Assembly (NCBI GenBank): GCA_044892525.1
Contig: CM097885.1
Location: 7,008,001-7,072,000, forward strand
DNA from: Schmidtea polychroa
Taxonomy: Eukaryota
DNA: 64,000 nt
Direction of reading: 5' to 3'
Shown here piece by piece: positions 10,800 through 22,990 of this stretch; position 1 is the stretch's first letter, and each line of letters opens with the position of its first letter. The notes below the pieces were generated by a model. The model had not been told where the DNA came from. It made no database searches and saw nothing but the letters and a program-made list of their open reading frames with translations. The translations under genes were made by a program, and so were the position numbers.

Positions 10800-12487
10800 T
10801 AGTGGCCTGCCGAACTTTGATTTGAACTTCGATTCGGACCAAAGTTCAAACACTTCGGAAACTTCGCACTTCGGCAATAGACCCTGTACGATCCAAATAG
10901 TGAAATTTTGCTTGAGCGATAATAAATTATTATTGTTCCGTGATTATTTATTATACTTATTATTATTTATACTTATTATAAAATTATATAGAAATAATTG
11001 TGTCATTTTTCTGTCATAAAATTGTGTCGCAGGCTTATCAGATTTAGGCTGCTACATACACACGATTCAGTTAGTGGTGGGTGCAGGATTAAAGAAGACG
11101 CAAAAGGCTGTCATTGATGCAGTTGCAACTTCCCGCAACATTGTAACCCACTTCCGGCATTCACCATTAGCCAATGATCGACTAGAAGAGATTCAAAAAT
11201 CTTTTCAGCCGGATGCTGCCGGAAACCCATATCCCGTCACACCGCCTGATACAAGATGTACAGACAAGGTGGAACTCCACGTTTTATATGTTGGAACGTT
11301 TGATCGAACAGAGAAAAGCAATAGCTCTTTACATCCAAAAGACAACGAAGTCACCAATCTGACAAACAATCAGTGGAACTTAATGGAAAGGGTCGTGTCG
11401 ACATTGCGGCCATTTGAAGAGGAAACGTGGAATGCTAGTTTGTCAACTGCAACAAGCGGAATGATTATTCCAAGTGTGCGTGTACTTCAGGCAGTTTTGA
11501 CGAGACCAGCAAAGGAGGGTGACGACCTCTGCATTCAAACAATGCGTGCTGAAATACTTGCGGATCTCAGCCGCAGGTATGCTAACGTTGAAAATGATAA
11601 GTTGTGCGTGTTATCTACTGCTTTGGATCCAGTGTACAAGCTTCGTCTCTTTAACGCGGAAACTGCTGCCACTGCAAAACAATGGCTTCTGGATGCAATG
11701 AATGCTGTAACGTCGACGGACAACTCGCGTGATGAAGTGCCAGCAGGCCCAACACCTTCCACATCATCTTCATCAGCCACATCTGCTTTGGATAGCTACT
11801 ACGACGACATGCTTGGAGCTACACAATCCAACTCTACAGATTCCGGTAATCTCCAACAACAGCTCGATGCATATTTAACGGAAGCGTGCAACCAACGACA
11901 CTCGCCTCCAAAAGATCCAATAGAATATTGGAAATCAAGGCAATACACCTATCCTCAACTTGCACTGGTCGCCAAACAATTCTGTGCTTCTCCTCCTTCC
12001 AGCGTGGATAGTGAAAGAACCTTCAGTTTGGCTGGTCTTATATGCGATGACCGTCGATCAAACTTAACACCAGCCAAAACTGAGATGCTTCTATTTTTAA
12101 TGAAAAATCTCGATGTGGTCCGTTTTGACTACTAATAAACTAATGAAGATGTATATATTTATATAAACACATGTATTTTTTTATTTTTTCGTTTCACGTT
12201 ACTTTGCTTGTTGCGAACAGATCTATGTTATATAATTTACATCCATGTTTCAAAAGACAACAAAATGAACACTTCTCAATATCTTGTATTATCACCCATT
12301 GTATAATTTTTTCAGTTTTATTGATATGATTCATTTTAATAAATCGCCGTAGGTCATTGCAGTAGGTACAGGTCCCTAAATTATTTTCACGCACCAGACA
12401 TTTGATTCAACTTCGGCTTCGGCCAAATAGTAATTTAAAAATTTGAACTTCGGACTTCGGCAAAAAAGTCACTTCGGCAGGCCCTTA
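10800..12487 (+). mobile_element. Internally deleted hAT (Ac/ZBED-like) DNA transposon
   Basis: 8-bp TSD TTCATTTC (10792-10799, 12488-12495), imperfect TIRs TAGTGGCCTGCCGAA / TTCGGCAGGCCCTTA, and subterminal (AC)TTCGG repeats. Confidence 0.93.
11047..12135 (+). pseudogene. hAT transposase C-terminal half
   Basis: CxxH motif (GCYIHTIQL), QDVQTRWNSTFYMLERL in a shifted frame (~11245-11335), LDP motif, and C-terminal dimerization domain (YWK...YPQLALVAK...PPSSVDSERTFS). Confidence 0.9.
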
Positions 12488-13276
12488 TTCATTTCCAAAG
12501 CAATGGCTTTCCATACTTTGTTGATCGTCATTTCGATGGTGTTTGGTGACATGCGGCTGACTCTCTTGTATGTTTCGATGTTGCCGAAGTGTTCCTAACC
12601 AGCTTCACAGTATCAATATTTCTCTATAATGCAAAATTCTCTCCTTGTCACTTGTTAAGTAAACGTATGGTTTCTTTTTAAGGGGTTTTAATAGTGCTCG
12701 TTCATCTTTCGTTATGTTTGAGAGTGTTGAAACCTTTGAAAGTGTTGAATCTAATTCTGCATCAGGATTTAGTTGATAGAGTTTATCTGTGTTTATGTAT
12801 ACTGGGAGTTTTTCTTTGTTAATTTCATGAGGTATTGTATTGTTCCATTTGATCTGATACGCAATGCGACAAAGAGCGGTTTTGAAATTGAGGATAGCTG
12901 CTTCATCTATTTCACTGTTTATACTGAACTTTAGTCCTAGTGAAAGTATTCCTTTCTCACATTCGGAAAGACAATTTGCGAGGTCGGTTACCAAATCTTT
13001 GTTTACTCTATTCACTGTAATGCTTGTGTTTCCATCCAGGGCTTCATGGTTCGTACTAAAGCCTGCTTTGAGCTCCTTTTTTCTCAAAAGGTATTTGATT
13101 CTTTTGTCAAATCGCAAAGAATAATGTGCTTCTGCTTTCATGAAAGCTTGTCTTTGTACCTCGTAGATCAATTCTTTTGGCTGGTTATTCAAATACGTTT
13201 TCAAAATGCTTTCTTGATTCTATTGTTCCCGATGAGTTAATAAATCAATTTTTTATTGAAATGTTTTTCTAATTTT

Positions 13277-14742
13277 TCATAATTTTTCAATTCTGCACCT
13301 GAGTAGCAATTTATCACTTTTGGCTGCTAATTCATTGATTGAGCTATCAAAACTATAAATGTAAATTGGAATATTTCTGTCATTTGACGGTTTCCTCCAT
13401 CCGGCATAATTAGGCATATGTATATATTTCATTGACTTGCTCATATAAATGCTGCCATTTGCTGGATCGATCACATCGATTGTCACCGATTGTTTGAACG
13501 GCCAATCCAATTGCTCATCATTTACCCCACGCATCAAACAGAAACCAGCTGAAATACACAAATTACCCCAAATCCACACCGTCAAGCACATTTTGTAACC
13601 GATTGGCCCGGAATAAAATGCCTCGCTGTAAATATATTCACCTCTCTTTTGTTGTGAAAATTTATCGATTTGCCATTCAAAAAATCCATAATTTATATAT
13701 TTTTTATTTGGTAATTTTCTTTTAATAGGTCGAATTTCATTGGCGCATTTCGCCATTTCAAGCTGCAACTGAATCTCAAATTCAAACATTTCAGTAAATC
13801 AATAAATCACCTTTTCATTCTTCTGTTGCAGCTGCTGGTCGCATTTCTCTTTCATTTCATCAATTTGCTGTTGATATCTTGATTCAATTACCTCAATTTG
13901 CTGTCTGATCTGCTTTGCATCATTAACAAATCAATAACAAATCAAATCAATAATCAAACTTTATTGATTGATCCAATATTTGTCTCCATCTCCATTCTCA
14001 ATGAGCGATTCTCATTCTTCACTGTCACCATTTCCTCATTCAATTCTCCTATTTCCCTTCTGTTGTCCGCCTCTTTCCTTTCAATATTGCACAATTTCAC
14101 CTACAATCACAAATATCAATTAAATTAATTACAAATAAAATTTACATTGATATTATCAAATTGTTGTTTGAATTGCGTCATTTCTCTTTTCAATTCGATA
14201 ATTTCGTTACGCAATTTCATATTCTCATCTCTCATTGATTGCATCTCATTGCATAAATTACTGATCTGATCAATCAATAATTTGCTGTGGCCTTCATTGT
14301 TCTCATTGAGATGGACTTTCATTTCGTCCTTCTCCACCCCAATCATTTCGCACCCAATTCTATTGAATGGACATCTAATTGGCTGCTTGTTGCATGTTCT
14401 CATATGGCTCTCCATCATGCACAACTCGGTTTTGAATTCACAATTTTGCATTGGACATTTTACAATGACTTCAGATATTCTTAAGTTAATCGCCTGATCT
14501 TGAAAAACATTTTCATTGAAATTAAATATTTGAACTTGACAATATTTTGCTACTCCTGGACAGAATTTATCTTTGTCATCCAAAAAATGCTCAATGCAAT
14601 CAGAGCAAAAGCGACAACCACAAGGAGCTTGGCAAGCTTTTATCATTAAACATTTGCAAATTCTGCATATCAATTCATTGCTAATTTCATTATCAAATTC
14701 AAATTTATTTCTCTTCATCATTTCCCATACGCTTGCAAACAT
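13277..14742 (-). CDS. TNF receptor-associated factor (RING, TRAF zinc finger, coiled coil, MATH); exons ~14742-14146, 14100-13960, ~13912-13811, ~13768-13277
   Basis: RING-like CRIC...QAPCGCRFCSDC, zinc finger CPMQNC...HMRTC...CPFNRIGC, MATH motifs GYKMCL...LMRGVNDEQLDWPF, and in-frame GT-AG introns of ~45 bp. Confidence 0.92.
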
Positions 14743-16224
14743 TTTATCTAAAATTATCAAAATATTACAACATTTTTAACCTTCAATAAATCTTACTTAT
14801 TATATTAATTATTTCCTCTGACGTTTACAATTTCAATATTTATAATTTGTATTTTAATGTAGATAAACAAACAATTTATAAATATTATATTTTAGCTTTG
14901 AGTGCAATTCGAAATTTTATTAATGTTAATTTTCAGAGTTTTTCTCATTTATTTTAAATATTACAAAATTATTTAAATTAAAATTTGATAACAAAAAGTA
15001 AAATTTTTATGGAAATTTAAATAACTTTTTAACGGAAAATCCAAATTAAAAATAGATCAAAATATAAAAATAAATATTTTTCATAAAATATTAAAATTAA
15101 AAAATATTAATTTAAAGAATTTTATTTGAAATTAGAATTTATTTAAACAGATTAGAAAAGAATTCAAAATCATCAGAGCAAAAATATAAATTTTAAAAAA
15201 TCAATATTGTTAATTCAAATACTTTTTAACAAAATAATAATATGGCAATCAAGGGGAGAAAATGGCTAAGATTAATTAAAAACAATTTATGCTAATAGTT
15301 TCAACTGAACAATTTCCAAAAATCATTAGCAAGGGATATTTTATATATGTATTTTTATTTTCGATTGTTCCTTTTGATTTGGTTACATTAGAGACACCTT
15401 ATTAATACCATCCACAAGATCAGGTCGAGAGGTCAGGCTTCCTTGACTACGTCCAGCAGACAGTAAGAGATGAAATGTGCCCAAATGTCATTTATAAGTT
15501 AAGATACCCCTCGAAGCAAACAATCCAACAAACCATAATTTATAAGCTCCGGAATCGGTCCACACGCGTTTGCCATGCGAATCAATTAATCAAATTTAAG
15601 CAGTTGAGAGAATATATTTATGAAAACTAATTTTCGACAAATATCTTTAATTGTTCAATAGTACTGAAGATCAGATTGCAGCAACTCCTAGGGAGAAAGT
15701 AAAGGTGATCTGTTATCATGTGAGCTTTGGTGGCAAAACTACTCTCTCTCTGTCAGCCATCTGAAATTATGGACGGCCGATAAAGAGGGTCCTAAGACTG
15801 TTCTGGGTAAAAGTTGGAAGAAAAAACCATTTGTTTATTCAAAACAATGAAACAGCGAGTAAAGAAAAATAGCAAAGAAATGCAAGAAATAAATAAAATG
15901 GAAGAGAATGAAAATATAGATAAAACGGAAAAAACAGAGAATATAATAATTATTAAATTAAAAACTTAAGAAATATGAAAATTAAAAGATATCGATTAAA
16001 ACAAAAAATTATTAAAAAGAATAAATGAGTAAATTTAGAAAATAAGAAGTGATTTACGTCAAAGGAATCAAACGAAACCAAGGTTACAAATTATATTTCC
16101 TTATAATAACTAATGTCTAAAGTAGTATGATTGGTCACCGCTAGACCAGGTCACCGCTGGACCACATATATAATAAAGTTTAATGGGTTGTGTGTGTGTT
16201 TTTATGTTTTTGACTAATATTTGC

Positions 16225-16269
<45 letters not shown>

Positions 16270-16275
<6 letters not shown>

Positions 16276-16386
16276 GTTTAATGGGTCGTGTAAAAAATAA
16301 TTTAGGTTTTTCACTAATATTTGCGTTAATAATAATAAAGTTTAATGGGTTGTGTATCTATGTGTAAAAAATATTTTAGGTTTTTC

Positions 16387-16432
<46 letters not shown>

Positions 16433-16797
16433 TGAAATTGTATTTGAAAATAATTTGCGACATGTTGATTGTGAGCAGTACCTTTGTGACCATTACCCTT
16501 AGGGTGACAGAATATCTTGTCGGATAGACTAGGAGTATATATAATAATAATCATAATAATAATATTAATAATAATAATAATATTGATTAAAACTTTGAAA
16601 ATAATTCTTTGAAAATAATACTTTGAACAATATTTGATGTAAAAGTTCCTGAAATAATCATGAAAATGTTGAAAATCGTGAAAATATTGAAAATGTAGAA
16701 AATTATGAAAATATTGATAAATATTTAAAATAGCAAATGATGAAAATGTTGAAAATCATGAAATTGATGTAGAAATTAAGTTTTATGAATAATTGCA

Positions 16798-16893
<96 letters not shown>

Positions 16894-17110
16894 TTTGAAA
16901 ATAACATCTTCCACACGGGCGTTAATATTTTAAAAGAAAATATTGAAAATTAAAAAATAATAATATGTAATCAACGATTTAAACAAAATTATATTATTAC
17001 GTATTCAGTAATTAAAACAAAAATTATTAGTTCTAAAAATATTAGGCATCGATTACGTAATAGTTCTAAAAATATTAGGCATCGTTCTTAAAATATTAGG
17101 CATCGTTCTA
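16270..17110 (+). repeat. ~840-bp direct repeat, second copy at ~21590-22430
   Basis: Near-identical sequence; differences mainly in (AAT)n tract lengths. Confidence 0.9.
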
Positions 17111-17119
17111 AAAATTAAA

Positions 17120-18800
17120 TTCATTGGTAGTTTTTAGAGTTAGCGGGATTTTACTAACATTATTACTAACCTTTTTGTGAATAATTGAAAGAATATTTTG
17201 AAATTTAACGTTTTAGTGTTAATTCTAAGACAAATTTAATTAATTTCTTGATAATTTGCTATATTTTATTGACTTGTTTTTAAATTTACTTTTAAATAAA
17301 AATTATTTTTAATGACAGTTAGGTTAATAATTAGAGTTTTTACAATAATCAAGTGATTATTATTTAATTTTTGTAAAAATTATTGTAAAATATACTGAAA
17401 TTTGTGATTTTAAAAGATATATCACGTTATAATTGCTATATAATTAGCTGAATCGATGAAGAATTATGATCAATCAATATATTTCATCTCTAGTTAGGTA
17501 TTTGATGGTAAATGTGGTGAAATATTTGTAGAAAATATTGATTTTAGTAAATTTTGATTTTTTAATGGGCTCTTACTACATGAATTTAGATACTAAATTA
17601 TTTCAATGGAAGGATGTCTGTAACAATTAAATAAAATTCATATTTTGAAGAATTTTCTATGGATTTTAAGAGAATTGATATATTAAAGGTATGATATTTT
17701 AAAGTCGGTTGGTTTAGATGGTAATATATGATTTTTAAGGGGGTGTTTAAAATGATAGAAATATTTGGTGAGGGATCGGTTAAGGTGGAAATGATTGAAA
17801 TCTCTATTTAAATCGACAATGTTCTTATTGGTAAAATTTTAAAGGGAAATAGTTAGTATTTAGCTATGAATTAATAATAGTTCCTGTGAAATTATATCGT
17901 TTTAGAGGTTTATTAGGTTGTGATGAATTTTATTGCACAGTAATTTAGATTTATGTTTTAGAACCAGTTTTTTATTAATTATCCACTGTTTTATTAAGTC
18001 GTTTAGGGTTAATGATCAATTTACTTGGTTTTCACAATGAAATATTTGAAATCTTTAGAATTAATTGGGATTGATATCAAAGGTTATTGCTTTAAATTAT
18101 TTACTTAAGAAGTTATTTTATTCATTGTGGGGACATCAGTGACAAAACTTGAGAAATATTGACTTAAAAGTTGGAAATCGACAACGGCTAAAGAAAATTG
18201 ATCTTTATTGAAGGAATTTTATGATTTTAATTAGATTTCTAGAAATTAAATCGGTTGAATATTAAAGGTGAAATCTATTGAAGGAATATTATTATCGGAT
18301 GGATAAATGATATTTTGCTAAATTACCTTTGCTAAATATTATTTTAAATAACTAAAAATGAGAAAATTAAGCACTATCCATAAATTGATGGCACAAAATA
18401 TCCATGTTTTGGTTACTCAAACATCTTAAATTTCTCGCAAAGATATATTACGTCTAATGATCATCTAATTAAATTAGAAAATAATTGTTACTTTATAATA
18501 TATATTTCTAACTAATAAGCCCCTTAATTGGATAAATGATAACCATATTTCTATTATGACTCCTTTAATTATTTTTGCCTCAAACAAATTTACTCTAAAT
18601 GATAAAGAATTTAAAATTATCAATGAATAATGACCATGTTTTTCTCATATTATTAACTATTGTAACGAACATTAGATGAATAAATTACCTTTTGCTTTAA
18701 ATGTCTAAAAAGTTAACCAATAAATTAGTCGCTCGACATAAGTGTAAAGTTACATTTAAAATATTCACAAATTTCTGATTATCTTACCTAAGAATTTCTA
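17120..18800 (+). pseudogene. Possible highly decayed SF1/PIF1-like helicase inside the Polinton-like element
   Basis: Motif remnants in the expected order across frameshifts: IDE..MI (~17452), FDGK (~17500), NWIN (~18525), KLPFALNV.K...SLD (~18682-18737). Confidence 0.3.
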
Positions 18801-21059
18801 ACTGATTAATATACCCTTGCGACTTGTTGAGTGTGACCAGTACCCTTGCTAGCAATATCCATAGGGGGACAGAATATTTTGTCGGATAAACTAGGAGTAT
18901 ATGGTCTTTATTGATATATCAAAATACTGTTATTTATAAATCAACTAAAAATACTCAAAAATACTATATTATTTTACTGAATGATACCGTAAATGTTTTT
19001 AATATACATATTTCTAAATAAATCAACAGTTCAAACCAACAACATGTATGCAAGACCACCCATTGTTAATTTATTCCCAGTGTCACGTCCCTCAAAAATA
19101 CCGTGAGTGTTTTAACAAAACTGAGCTCAAAGAAACTTTCCAGATAACAACTCACCTGAATGTTTTGAACAAAAATGAGCGAAATTGAGAACAAACGATT
19201 AGATGGCGATTAAATTCTGGCCACAACCCTAACAACATGAAAATTAAGATTTTAATTATTGAATTCGTTGTTTTCTGCCTGGAAATACTAACAGAATATT
19301 TTTTAATTCAAAGAATCTTCATTATAAATTTTTGAATTTAAAAAATTAAATGAAGGATATATAAGTGTACATAAAATTATATAAAATTATACTATATTTA
19401 TTAATAAATTTAGAATACATAAAATTATACTATATAATAATGTTAATGTTTAAATATGCTTAAATAACTAAAGTGTTTAAATATGTTTAAATAACTAAAT
19501 TTAAATTATTTAAATATACTTTTGATATAACTTTATTTCTTTCGTTTTAGTATTCATAAAGTAAGTAAATAAAGAATTTACTACAATATTTTAATTATTT
19601 TACTTAGTAATGAAGAAAATGAATTATATAATTATGAAGAAGATGAACCAGATAAAATGGTGAAACACTAAATGACTTATGTTCTGGATTTAGATATTTC
19701 TTATTAAAACATGAATTATAGAAGAAAATGAACCAGACAAAATGGTGAAACATTGCTATGTTCTGGATTTCTTAAATGAATTAGCTGATTGTGGGTGTCC
19801 TTCAACATGAATTATCAGACTTAAATTATGTAAACTTTCAACGAATGTCAAGAAAAATGGGAAAAACCGATGTTTTAGCAATTAGATATTGTAAAGTACT
19901 ACCTGAAGAATATTATTATTAATGTAAGACATGAATTAATTCTTTAAAATATATATATATATTATATTTAGGTATCTGTGTTTTATGGTGGGAAATGACA
20001 TTGAAAAAGTATACCACAAATAACAGTTGCCTAATTTATCAAGCCTGTGACGATAAAATGCTAGATAATGTAAGTTAATTGCTTTTAAATCAATATAAAT
20101 TTTAGCAATGATAGTTGACGCCGCATCAGAAACTAAGAAATACGTCCAATTTGCAAGATGTATTCCAAATGACCCGATGGAGATGATAATTTTGAGATAG
20201 ATTACCAGCAGAAGAGCGAGAAAAATTTGTAAATTAAATATAATAGGGTTGGGTGGGTCCTCTTTATCCCTTAATTAATATATATTTACAAGCTGATCGT
20301 CGTGGTGGGCGGTTGTAATCCAACTAGTGGGAGGCCTCTGTAAATATATATTTGTGTTAGTGAAAACATTAATTAATTTGGTTATAGTGCCAATGACGCA
20401 TGTATTTTGAAATTATACGTTTCGAATGTGCTGGTAGTTGACTACCCATGCTAGGCGTAATGTTCCGTACGGAAAACTATAATACCCAGGTTCTTCTGAC
20501 CCCACTTGGGGGAGGCACAGACGACCCTTAAGGACGCGAACAAATATCCACCGTGTCTTTCAGGCACAGATATTTGGTCACTGCTCATTAGGCCTGGCAA
20601 TACTAAATGCATAAACTTTGCCTTGTCATCTCTTGTCTTGATTTTTTTTCGTTTAAATATTAAAGTATGTGTGATAGGTTTTATTTACTAACCTTAATTA
20701 ATATACCCTTGCGATATGTTGAATGTGAGTAGTACCTTTGTGAGCAATACCCATAGGGGGACAGAATATTTTGTCGGATAGACTAGGAGTATATACACCC
20801 ATGTTAAACAAGGTATGTGTATATAGAATGTGTGTATAAAATTATCGCTCCTTATTGACAACTTCCTGTAAAGGCAAACACAGAATACTGCAAACATAAT
20901 AATACTCTACCCCATAACTTAGTATGTAAAAATTATTTAAGGTTTTTTCACTAATAATAATAATAATTATAATAATAATAATAATTGTTAATGGGTTGTG
21001 TATGTGTGTAAACCATATTTTAGGTTTTTCACTAATATTGATAATAATAATAAAAAAAA

Positions 21060-21144
<85 letters not shown>

Positions 21145-21418
21145 TGTTAATGGGTTGTGTGTGTGTAAATAATATTTTAGGTTTTTCACTAATATTTAGA
21201 ATAATAATTGTTAATGGGTTGTGCATGTGTGTGTGTAAAAAATATTTTAGGTTTTTTCAATAATAAGAATAACTCCCGCGCGTGTTACTTTGAAATAATA
21301 AGGTATGTGTATATAGAATGTGTGTGTGGGGACAGAATATCTTGTCGGATAAACTCGGATTATATAATAATAATCATAATAATAATAACATCTTTCGCGC
21401 AGGTGTTAATATCTTCAC

Positions 21419-21593
<175 letters not shown>

Positions 21594-21704
21594 GTCTAAT
21601 GGGTCGTGTAAAAAATAATTTAGGTTTTTCACTAATATTTGCGTTAATAATAATAAAGTTTAATGGGTTGTGTATCTATGTGTAAAAAATATTTTAGGTT
21701 TTTC

Positions 21705-21786
<82 letters not shown>

Positions 21787-22151
21787 TGAAATTGTATTTG
21801 AAAATAATTTGCGACATGTTGATTGTGAGCAGTACCTTTGTGACCATTACCCTTAGGGTGACAGAATATCTTGTCGGATAGACTAGGAGTATATATAATA
21901 ATAATCATAATAATAATATTAATAATAATAATAATATTGATTAAAACTTTGAAAATAATTCTTTGAAAATAATACTTTGAACAATATTTGATGTAAAAGT
22001 TCCTGAAATAATCATGAAAATGTTGAAAATCGTGAAAATATTGAAAATGTAGAAAATTATGAAAATATTGATAAATATTTAAAATAGCAAATGATGAAAA
22101 TGTTGAAAATCATGAAATTGATGTAGAAATTAAGTTTTATGAATAATTGCA

Positions 22152-22208
<57 letters not shown>

Positions 22209-22344
22209 TTTGAAAATAACATCTTCCACACGGGCGTTAATATTTTAAAAGAAAATATTGAAAATTAAAAAATAATAATATGTAATCAACGATTTAAACA
22301 AAATTATATTATTACGTATTCAATAATTAAAACAAAAATTATTA

Positions 22345-22990
22345 GTTCTAAAAATATTAGGCATCGATTACGTAATAGTTCTAAAAATATTAGGCATCGT
22401 TCTTAAAATATTAGGCATCGTTCTAAAAATATTAGGCATTGATTACGTAATCATTCTAAAAATAAGAGGCACCATTCTAAAAATATTTGGCATCGTTCTA
22501 AAAATATTAGACATCGATTACGTAATAGTTCTAAAAATATTTGGCATCGTTCTTAAAATATTAGGCATCGTTCTAAAAGTATGACGTAATCGTTCTAAAA
22601 ATATTAGGCACCATTCTAAAAATATTTGGCATCGTTCTAAAAATATGTGGCATCGATTACGTAATAGTTCTAAAAATATAAGGCATCGTTCTAAAAATAT
22701 TAGGCATCGTTGGGTGAGTCATTGGGTGAGTCATTCTCTTTGTTAATATTAATGATGATGATACCTTCAATAGCTCATTCGAAAGGTCTTGGACCGAGCT
22801 TTAAGATGAGGTATCGTTCAATAAATTCAGATGATAGAAACATTACTTTTGGGAAGAAAAAAAGTAGGTCACCGCTGGACCAATTAATTTAAAAAAAATT
22901 ACGTAATAGTTCTAAAAATATTAGACATCGTTCTAAAAATATTAGGCATTGATTACGTAATAGTTCTAAAAATATTAGGCATCGTTCTAA
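22345..22990 (+). repeat. Subterminal tandem array of ~21-bp units (ttctaaaaatattaggcatcg) interspersed with the palindrome attacgtaat
   Basis: Many degenerate copies at 22345-22710 and 22900-22990; a shorter array at 17030-17115. Confidence 0.9.

Larger units (their letters stand above)
9450..13240 (-). mobile_element. Penelope-like retroelement (RT + GIY-YIG endonuclease), frameshifted, interrupted by a hAT
   Basis: SLDVVSLYTSID, MGSLISGLLA...YARYVDDIF, LNLLDLRI...FYRQP, and CNICKEIYIGSTLRTLHQRVKEH in ORFs 9499-10790; N-terminal part in 12500-13204. Confidence 0.9.

Noticed and set aside
15240..16100. Possible integrase C-terminus and LTR remnants (also a gag-like trace at ~40000-40430)
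   Set aside because: Too decayed to define boundaries or family.
22345..22710. CRISPR-like appearance of the repeat array
   Set aside because: No unique spacers, degenerate tandem units, no cas genes, eukaryotic context.
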